A DNA stretch of 39,129 nucleotides, taken from positions 1 through 39,129 of the IMG/VR virus record IMGVR_UViG_3300037188_000033. One strand, given 5' to 3'. Shown here piece by piece: positions 17,909 through 23,682 of the stretch; the stretch's first letter is position 1; every line of letters begins with the position of its first letter. A program made the position numbers and the translations under genes. This stretch comes from a virus. Lineage: Duplodnaviria > Caudoviricetes. Under the pieces are notes generated by a model. That model was not told where the DNA came from. It saw only the letters and a list, made by a program, of their open reading frames with translations, and made no database searches.

Positions 17909-18730
17909 CTATGCTGTCTCGCTTCTCGTATTTCTAACTAAGTCTTTCCATTCTTGAGGTCTATTTTGGGACTTAGGTATTAATTTATCTGCTTCCATCC
18001 GTTTGGTTGTCTCTTCGACGGTATTGTATGGCATGCAATAGGCCACAGAGGGCCCTTTTTTTGTTGGTAGGGCGATCATACGCTTCAAGACGCCTCGTAT
18101 ATAGGCTGGAAGATTTCCCGGCCTCTCCGGCTTCTCAGTTGAGATTTTAATAGCCTCCCGACATTTGTCTGAACCATATTGTTCAAATAAGGCCCTGGCA
18201 TCTTGACGATTGAATCCTTTTTTCATTAAAAAATCAAATTCAACAACAACCTTATCATCCCTTTCCATCTCGATATCTCCTGTTGTTTGTTTTTTAAGAT
18301 CTGTTTTATTTGTATTGTTATTATTTTTGTTATTTCTATATGGTCGCATAATGCGACTGTCGCAAAATGCGACTGTCGCTTTTTGTAACTTTCGGGAATC
18401 AATGTTATCCACACATACTTTGACTGCAAAATTTTTATGAATTGAAAATTTTAATCTTGAGCCATAAAGAGATCCCCCTCTCAAAAGTTCCATATATCCT
18501 TCTTTTCTCAATTCACCACAGACTTTGTCCCATTTACGCTTACCCCACCCGAAGTGTTCTTTTATTTGAGAAGGTCTTGGAGTCCAATTTGGCGGTAAAC
18601 TATGTAAATAACCACCTAATGCACGAGATGAATCAGAAAGATTTTTATCTTGAAAAAATTTGACTGGAAAAGTTTTATATAATTCTGGTGAGTTATCTAA
18701 TTCAATTATTGAGTTTAAATCCTGAGCCAT
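17909..18730 (-). CDS. Replication initiator (N-terminal HTH, lambda O-like organisation)
   Basis: LSDSSRALGGYLHSLPPNW.......HFG.G......V..ELRKEGY HTH, an N/K-rich linker and C-terminal NLPAYIRGVL. ATG 18730 has an AAGGAA RBS, and the gene contains iterons. Confidence 0.75.
   Translation of the reverse strand: MAQDLNSIIELDNSPELYKTFPVKFFQDKNLSDSSRALGGYLHSLPPNWTPRPSQIKEHFGWGKRKWDKVCGELRKEGYMELLRGGSLYGSRLKFSIHKNFAVKVCVDNIDSRKLQKATVAFCDSRIMRPYRNNKNNNNTNKTDLKKQTTGDIEMERDDKVVVEFDFLMKKGFNRQDARALFEQYGSDKCREAIKISTEKPERPGNLPAYIRGVLKRMIALPTKKGPSVAYCMPYNTVEETTKRMEADKLIPKSQNRPQEWKDLVRNTRSETA
18280..18413. other. Replication origin: AT-rich tract, iterons and DnaA box
   Basis: GCGACTGTCGC at 18353 and 18369, with degenerate copies at 18337 and 18385 (16-bp period); TTATCCACA at 18405-18413; A/T tract at about 18280-18340. 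Confidence 0.7.
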
Positions 18731-18759
18731 AAACTTATTCCTTTGTTGCCAAATAAATA

Positions 18760-18788
18760 TTGACAAACAACAGGAACCTTCATAAAAT
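18760..18788 (+). promoter_or_regulatory. sigma70 promoter antisense to the rep leader
   Basis: TTGACA(18760)-N17-TAAAAT(18783). Confidence 0.7.
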
Positions 18789-18794
18789 GCTCGG

Positions 18795-18882
18795 GTCTGT
18801 GGAGCATTGACAGAATTTTTGAAGGTTCCTGTCATTCGAAATGAAAAAAAGCCCCGATCTAATAAGTCGGGGCTTTTGTTTT
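18795..18882 (+). ncRNA. Putative antisense copy-control RNA (about 85 nt)
   Basis: Bounded by a consensus promoter and the AAAAGCCCCGA/TCGGGGCTTTT terminator; complementary to the rep leader. Ends are estimated. Confidence 0.5.
18844..18882. terminator. Bidirectional Rho-independent terminator
   Basis: AAAAAAAGCCCCGA-tctaataag-TCGGGGCTTTTGTTTT gives a U-tract on both strands. Confidence 0.75.
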
Positions 18883-18921
18883 ATAGCCTAAAAATTAAAG
18901 CGTGTATAGTCCCAAATTTCA

Positions 18922-19006
18922 TTGACATACCTTTTTGTATTCGTTATGGTGATTTTGCTTATTGAAAAGCATAATCGCCCCAGAGAGAGATTTTTGGGGT
19001 TTTTTT
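18922..19006 (+). ncRNA. Second promoter-hairpin-terminator unit (putative sRNA of about 50 nt, coordinates include the promoter)
   Basis: TTGACA(18922)-N17-TATGGT, then hairpin GATTTTGCTT/AAGCATAATC, then GCCCCAGAG...TTTTGGGGT plus a T-run. Confidence 0.4.
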
Positions 19007-19044
19007 AATGTTATGTAATAAAATATGCTAATCAAATATTAGAG

Positions 19045-19086
19045 AAGCCCTAGAATTTATTCACGAGATAGTTCTAGGGTTTTTTT
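19045..19086. terminator. Stem-loop terminator at the end of the 19085-19417 gene
   Basis: AAGCCCTAGAA...TTCTAGGGTTTTTTT. Confidence 0.55.
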
Positions 19087-19417
19087 ATACTATATTTTTG
19101 AGTAAATGTTTAAGCCTTTCTTCAGTTCCCTCTGATTTTTCTATAACGAAATGTTCTACAACTGCCCAAATTAATTTCTTTAGATTATTTATATCTGTTG
19201 TATTAGGATAATGAGTCCTAATTTTACCAGGTCTTTCATATGGTTTTAAATTATATGCCCAGTTTTCTAGTTCGCTTGCTAAATATTGCGGCTTTCCTTT
19301 AAGTGTACCGGGTTTTCGTTTTGGGAAGCCAGGCAATTTTACTAATTTATACCATTCTGTAATACCAACTCCCACAAACTTTTGTGCTTCTGTTACAGTT
19401 AACATTAATGTTTCCAT
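19085..19417 (-). CDS. AlpA/excisionase-like HTH DNA-binding protein
   Basis: MLTVTEAQKFVGVGITEWYKLVKLPGFPK...QYLASELENW; GAGGAG RBS. Confidence 0.7.
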   Translation of the reverse strand: METLMLTVTEAQKFVGVGITEWYKLVKLPGFPKRKPGTLKGKPQYLASELENWAYNLKPYERPGKIRTHYPNTTDINNLKKLIWAVVEHFVIEKSEGTEERLKHLLKNIV

Positions 19418-19439
19418 AATTTCTCCTCTTTAAAAAATT

Positions 19440-19519
19440 TGGTTCCCCAAGCCGGATTCGAACCGACACTCACAGCAGAATTATTAGTTCCATGCTCTGG
19501 CCATTTGAGCTATTGAGGA
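19440..19519 (-). tRNA. tRNA with AAT anticodon (nominally Ile), atypical
   Basis: Cloverleaf: acceptor TCCTCAA/TTGGGGA, D stem GCTC/GAGC, anticodon arm TGGAA-CTAATAA-TTCTG, 8-nt variable loop, T arm GTCGG-TTCGAAT-CCGGC, then A73-CCA. Confidence 0.75.
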
Positions 19520-19522
19520 ATA

Positions 19523-19598
19523 TGGCTCCCCAAGACGGGCTCGAACCGCCGACCTAGTGATTAACAGTCACTTGCTCTACCGGCTGAGCTATTGGGGA
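19523..19598 (-). tRNA. tRNA-Asn(GTT)
   Basis: Canonical 76-nt cloverleaf: acceptor TCCCCAA/TTGGGGA, anticodon arm AGTGA-CTGTTAA-TCACT, G73-CCA. Confidence 0.95.
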
Positions 19599-19603
19599 AT
19601 TAT

Positions 19604-19876
19604 CTAGTTTCCTGGATATTGTAATATATTAAACTCTCCAAACTCATTCATATCAACATATTTCGGAAAACAACGATAACATCCGAAATAATATTGCTTT
19701 TGTAGATATTTAGCTTTCACATATGCATCATATTTTTTTGGTCCAATCCACATATCCTGCTGACAATACTCACAGGGAAGTTTTATAGCTAAAGATAAGT
19801 CTGGAACGCCATCAGGAAAATCTTTTACAGGAATGCAAGGCAATGCTAGAAACTGTTTCTGTTCTTTCTTAGCCAT
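19604..19876 (-). CDS. Zinc-finger hypothetical protein
   Basis: CEYC...CYRC; AGGAGG RBS. Confidence 0.65.
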   Translation of the reverse strand: MAKKEQKQFLALPCIPVKDFPDGVPDLSLAIKLPCEYCQQDMWIGPKKYDAYVKAKYLQKQYYFGCYRCFPKYVDMNEFGEFNILQYPGN

Positions 19877-19938
19877 TTAACCTCCTGTTAATAAATTCGT
19901 TCTTATAATTTTACATAAAAAGTGCATTACAAATAGCA

Positions 19939-20202
19939 TTACATCACTTCCCCAAGAGACCGCATGAGATGTGACTTGTCGACCTTTAAGCCGTGCTTAA
20001 TTAAAGCCTTAATTACATGAGTATTTGTCATAACTTTTTGGCTATAATTGTTCATCTCTTTTCGTATCTTATTTAAATTGCTTTTATCGATTGGCCCTAA
20101 TCGGAATGAACACATGAACCATTCCTTTTTAGGTTCTTTGAGGTTCAGTTTCTCTACTCTAGGCTTAACACTAAACTCCTTAAGTTGTTTCTTTTTTGCC
20201 AT
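19939..20202 (-). CDS. Small DNA-binding partner of ParA (type Ib ParB/ParG-like, probable RHH)
   Basis: Overlaps the parA 3' end; basic N-tail then MCSFRLGPIDKSNLNKI....TNTHVIKALI. Confidence 0.6.
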   Translation of the reverse strand: MAKKKQLKEFSVKPRVEKLNLKEPKKEWFMCSFRLGPIDKSNLNKIRKEMNNYSQKVMTNTHVIKALIKHGLKVDKSHLMRSLGEVM

Positions 20203-20989
20203 TTATCTTCTCCAATATTTCCGATGTTAGTTGATTGAAATCTTTTATAGCTGGACTATCCGCATCGAAAGTGTAAATACTTTCTTCATTTATTTGGGCT
20301 TTGTTAATCGCCTCAACTTTCTTGATAATGGTTTTTAATACCATATTTCTATAAGTTGAATGTTCTAATGCATGCTCAATACTATTGTTAGTTATGGAGG
20401 TTCTCACATCAAAACAATTACGAAGAATATGATATTTCATTATGGGAGAATCCAGGAAATCATCGTCTTTAATTTCTTTTATCAAATTAACTAAATCTCT
20501 AATTCCTTCCAAAGCAAATCGGCCATAAGTTATGGGTATTATGATATGGGTTGCCGCATAAATAGCATTTGAAAGCAAAACGCCGAAGGTAGGAGGGCAG
20601 TCTATTATTACGAAATCAAATAGGTTTCTAACTTTTTTTAGGCAGTTAAATAATATTTTCTCTCGATGAAATCTAGTTATTGCATGCTCAGCAGCTATAG
20701 CCAATCCTATATTGGAACTGATAATTGAAAGATTTTTAATAGGTACCTTAAATGGGTCAGTAGCCGGGTGAATTATATCCATTATGTTAGCATTTTTAAA
20801 GTTAAAAATCTGTTCAATTCCAAGACAAGAAGCTGGGCTTTTATTATAAATAAGTGAAGAATTTCCTTGCGGATCTAAATCTATTAAAAGAACATTATTG
20901 TTCTCTAAAGCCAATGAATACGCCAGGTTTGTGGAGGTAGTTGTTTTACCAACTCCGCCTTTTTGTGATGCGAAAGATAATATTTCCAT
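20180..20989 (-). CDS. parA: ParA/Soj family partition ATPase
   Basis: SQKGGVGKTT, VLLIDLDPQGN, FDFVIIDCPP; no N-terminal HTH (type Ib). Confidence 0.92.
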   Translation of the reverse strand: MEILSFASQKGGVGKTTTSTNLAYSLALENNNVLLIDLDPQGNSSLIYNKSPASCLGIEQIFNFKNANIMDIIHPATDPFKVPIKNLSIISSNIGLAIAAEHAITRFHREKILFNCLKKVRNLFDFVIIDCPPTFGVLLSNAIYAATHIIIPITYGRFALEGIRDLVNLIKEIKDDDFLDSPIMKYHILRNCFDVRTSITNNSIEHALEHSTYRNMVLKTIIKKVEAINKAQINEESIYTFDADSPAIKDFNQLTSEILEKINGKKETT

Positions 20990-21023
20990 AAACTCCTTTT
21001 TAATAAAATCGTACTTAAAAAAT

Positions 21024-21081
21024 GCATTACAATTTTAATGCGCTAGATTAGTTGCAGATAGGGTTATGTGTCAAGTATAAT
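21024..21081. promoter_or_regulatory. Overlapping divergent promoters (parA and the DUF1640 operon) with palindrome
   Basis: Minus strand TTGACA-N18-TAATCT; plus strand TTGCAG-N18-TATAAT; GCATTA-N6-TAATGC at 21024-21041. Confidence 0.55.
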
Positions 21082-21103
21082 TCTGGCGAAGGAGAAGATT
21101 AAT

Positions 21104-21301
21104 ATGAGTTACAAAGATAGTTTGACAATATATGAAGAGCTTTTGGAAGGTGGATGTACCGAAGCACAAGCAAAGATACAGGCGCATCAATTAGGTGCAG
21201 TTACAGATATCATGGGAAAGATTGAAAAAGATTTAATATGGATGAGAGTAATAGGAGCTGGCATGATTGCAGCTTGCTTTGCGACTTTATGGAGGGGATA
21301 A
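21104..21301 (+). CDS. DUF1640/CCDC90-like short membrane-anchored protein
   Basis: MSYKDSLTIYEELLEGGCTEAQA...C-terminal TM; AAGGAG RBS. Confidence 0.7.
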   Translation: MSYKDSLTIYEELLEGGCTEAQAKIQAHQLGAVTDIMGKIEKDLIWMRVIGAGMIAACFATLWRG

Positions 21302-21304
21302 AGG

Positions 21305-21502
21305 ATGAAGCGTTTAGATACATTGAAAATATATGATAACTTTATTCTGGCCGGATTTACTAAAGAACAATCAAGTGCTTTAGCTCGTGCTTTAAATAAC
21401 CTTTTTATAGACATAATTAATGAAAAAGGTTTAGAAGTATCTTCATTGCATGAAAAATATATTAATGACCTTGAAAGAGTTTTAGAAAATATTGGTGATT
21501 AA
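21305..21502 (+). CDS. DUF1640-like head-domain protein without TM
   Basis: LDTLKIYDNFILAGFTKEQSSALARAL. Confidence 0.65.
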   Translation: MKRLDTLKIYDNFILAGFTKEQSSALARALNNLFIDIINEKGLEVSSLHEKYINDLERVLENIGD

Positions 21503-21513
21503 AAAGGACCAAG

Positions 21514-21804
21514 ATGCCATTCCTGATTAATTTCTTTAAAGATTGCGATAGGGAGAATAGTATGAACGATTATATAGATAGGTTTTCAGTTGGACCACCA
21601 GGATTTCAAAGTTTAACTGTCAAAATCAATAATGAAAATATAGGTCTTAATATGCTATTATGCGTTACTTTTAGTAGTATATTTGCTATTAGTGTACATT
21701 ATGCATTTTGTGGAAATGCTAATTTAAGAATGTATGCTGGAATAATAGCAGGATCTTGCATTGGGAATATTTTAGCTGAAATATATAAAGCGTTGAAAAA
21801 ATGA
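21514..21804 (+). CDS. Small membrane protein (2 TM)
   Basis: Two hydrophobic segments; start uncertain. Confidence 0.5.
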   Translation: MPFLINFFKDCDRENSMNDYIDRFSVGPPGFQSLTVKINNENIGLNMLLCVTFSSIFAISVHYAFCGNANLRMYAGIIAGSCIGNILAEIYKALKK

Positions 21805-21851
21805 AATTCTTAAAATTTATAGTTGAAAAAATGAAATTCTTAAAATTTATA
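21792..21851. repeat. 30-bp tandem duplication spanning a gene start
   Basis: GTTGAAAAAATGAAATTCTTAAAATTTATA occurs twice exactly. Confidence 0.85.
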
Positions 21852-22067
21852 ATTGAAAGTGGAATAACTTCTTTATTTTGTTGTCTATGTGGTATCTATT
21901 CGGCTATTTATGCATTTAATGATCATAGTTATTGGTGTCTTCTCCATGCTTTCTGCGGTGGTGCTTGTCTGATTATTGCGATTTATTTCTTTAGTCGTTA
22001 CAGAAGCAATAGGGAATTTGATCGTATATGTGAAGAATTGGATAGGAAGCATAATGAGACATCCTGA
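21801..22067 (+). CDS. Cys-rich small membrane protein (2 TM)
   Basis: Two TM segments and a charged C-tail (holin-like topology). Confidence 0.55.
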   Translation: MKFLKFIVEKMKFLKFIIESGITSLFCCLCGIYSAIYAFNDHSYWCLLHAFCGGACLIIAIYFFSRYRSNREFDRICEELDRKHNETS

Positions 22068-22239
22068 TTACTTAAATATATTCTTTGGCGGATTGATTTA
22101 TAGTATTATTCCATGCTCAGCTAGATATGCTATATCTGGCGTTCATGATTTTAGAAGCTATGCGCTCTTAATATGTTCAGGTTTTATTATAAGTAATGGT
22201 TTACTAGTATTCTTTAATTGGATCGATAGAAGATACTAA
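22054..22239 (+). CDS. Small membrane protein (2 TM)
   Basis: MRHPDYLNIFFGG...; AGGA RBS. Confidence 0.5.
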   Translation: MRHPDYLNIFFGGLIYSIIPCSARYAISGVHDFRSYALLICSGFIISNGLLVFFNWIDRRY

Positions 22240-22430
22240 TCATTCTTAGAATCACATCCTTTGCAAACTAACTTAGTTTTAGAGTCACTATAATCTTTAG
22301 CATTGAAGAATTGATTGGCTTTATATTGTTTACATTCATGGCATCTCATAACGACAAAATCATAAGGTGTTTTTAGTTCACCGACTTTTTTTGGTTTCTT
22401 ATATGAAATTTTCTCATCTGTATCATTCAT
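22236..22430 (-). CDS. Small zinc-finger protein
   Basis: CHECKQYK...CKGC. Confidence 0.6.
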   Translation of the reverse strand: MNDTDEKISYKKPKKVGELKTPYDFVVMRCHECKQYKANQFFNAKDYSDSKTKLVCKGCDSKND

Positions 22431-22698
22431 TTGTTACGCCTTCTATTTTCTTCAAAAGATTAATGGGAACATTACTATGTCCAGAGATAAATTCATTAGC
22501 ACCTTCTTCAATTGGACCGTTTTTATCTATCAAACCGAAAGCTCCAAATACAATAATTGATATAGCCAAAAGATAGCTGAAGCCTACCACAATTATGGTA
22601 AATCTTTTACTAATAAACGCTAAGAGAAATGTCAATATCAGGATACATTGAGTCATATAACTGTTCCTTGTCGAAATCAGTTTCGTTATCACAAGCAT
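22423..22698 (-). CDS. Small membrane protein
   Basis: Two hydrophobic segments; the true start may be downstream (MTQCIL). Confidence 0.45.
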   Translation of the reverse strand: MLVITKLISTRNSYMTQCILILTFLLAFISKRFTIIVVGFSYLLAISIIVFGAFGLIDKNGPIEEGANEFISGHSNVPINLLKKIEGVTNE

Positions 22699-22825
22699 AG
22701 GTTATAGGTGTTCTATATTCTGTAAAATATAAAGAGAAGGTCAATAACATAAACGCGAGAAAGCATATCATTACAAGCGCCAGAATGTCCGATAGTACTC
22801 TAAGGTTATAATTATATTTGCCCAT
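22610..22825 (-). CDS. Single-TM hypothetical protein
   Basis: AGGA RBS; hydrophobic N-terminal segment. Confidence 0.45.
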   Translation of the reverse strand: MGKYNYNLRVLSDILALVMICFLAFMLLTFSLYFTEYRTPITYACDNETDFDKEQLYDSMYPDIDISLSVY

Positions 22826-22856
22826 GGTTAATTCCTAATACTATCGGACATCTAGT

Positions 22857-22952
22857 TTAGTAACAATCTTTCCCTTTTTCTTTCTTTGGTTTTTTACTAA
22901 AAGGTGTTTTAGAACCTTTGCTATCTTTTTTCATTCCTTTACCCATTGCCAT
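22857..22952 (-). CDS. Lys-rich microprotein (31 aa)
   Basis: MAMGKGMKKDSKGSKTPFSKKPKKEKGKDCY*; AAGGAG RBS. Confidence 0.6.
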   Translation of the reverse strand: MAMGKGMKKDSKGSKTPFSKKPKKEKGKDCY

Positions 22953-22972
22953 GATAAACTCCTTAATATTGG

Positions 22973-23140
22973 TTAATAACTATCGTCTTTGCTATTGCTA
23001 TCTTTCTTTACAGATTTCTTAGCATCCTTTGCGTCAATTTTCTTTGTATCTTTATTGTATCCTTCGACTTTTCCTTTAACGGAAAACTTCTTAGGTAGTT
23101 TCTTTGTTTTAGCTGTTTCTAATTTGCTTGCCTTTTTCAT
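22973..23140 (-). CDS. Lys-rich small basic protein
   Basis: MKKASKLETAKTKKLPKK...; AAGGAG RBS before ATG 23140. Confidence 0.6.
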   Translation of the reverse strand: MKKASKLETAKTKKLPKKFSVKGKVEGYNKDTKKIDAKDAKKSVKKDSNSKDDSY

Positions 23141-23151
23141 TAATTGCTCCT

Positions 23152-23511
23152 TTAACAAATTTCCTTTAATGTAACCCATATTTCACCTGGCCCTAAAGTA
23201 CGTGGTTGTCGTTCAACATGGATAATATCTATCTGAGAATCATTTAGAAAATATCCTGCAAACTCCATGGCATCGAAAGTTACTTTGAGGATGTTATCCA
23301 AATCGCGCTTTCGTCTGTCTGGTGGATGCGCCATTATTGAAACTGACAATCTACCTTTAAGGGGAATTCGACCACCCAAATTCTCTATATAAGATAATTG
23401 TCTAACAGTTCTCTTATATAAATGGGCTTCTTTTGAAACTATAGTGCGGCCCCTCACATTCCGCCAATAACGATTGGCGGAAGGAGGCCAAGGCAATTCA
23501 ACATCAATCAT
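23152..23511 (-). CDS. rusA: Holliday junction resolvase RusA
   Basis: LPWPPSANRYWR...PPDRRKRDLDNILK...D......NDSQID. Confidence 0.92.
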   Translation of the reverse strand: MIDVELPWPPSANRYWRNVRGRTIVSKEAHLYKRTVRQLSYIENLGGRIPLKGRLSVSIMAHPPDRRKRDLDNILKVTFDAMEFAGYFLNDSQIDIIHVERQPRTLGPGEIWVTLKEIC

Positions 23512-23671
23512 TTGAGCTCTTTTTTAAATCATCGGCAATTTGCTTGTCCATTACTTCAAGCATATATTTACATTCAGCTAAACGTCCACAACGTGCATTA
23601 TGTTCCGCTAATGATTGACTGATTGCTTCTTCCACCATTTTGATTCTTGCTACTAAATCATCTCTATTCAT
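23504..23671 (-). CDS. Small coiled-coil protein (55 aa)
   Basis: MNRDDLVARIKMVEEAISQSLAEHNARCGRLAEC...; AGGAG RBS. Not in the ORF track. Confidence 0.6.
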   Translation of the reverse strand: MNRDDLVARIKMVEEAISQSLAEHNARCGRLAECKYMLEVMDKQIADDLKKSSND

Positions 23672-23682
23672 AAAAACTCCTA

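Noticed and set aside
18731-18835. 35-aa N-terminal extension of Rep from ATG 18835
   Set aside because: There is no SD at 18835, the region is dense in RNA structure and promoter signals, and ATG 18730 has an SD. A leader-peptide role cannot be excluded.
19440-19519. Amber-suppressor reading (CTA) of the atypical tRNA, implying stop-codon recoding
   Set aside because: CTA occupies loop positions 32-34; in the canonical U33 register the anticodon is AAT. Conserved genes such as the gp10-like gene end normally at TAG, and the long ORFs are intact in the standard code.
19440-19598. tRNA genes as attP or a prophage boundary
   Set aside because: There is no integrase nearby, and both tRNAs are full length inside an operon of a circular contig.
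21792-21851. CRISPR-like repeat
   Set aside because: Two abutting copies with no spacer and no cas genes; I saw no repeat-spacer array anywhere in the window.
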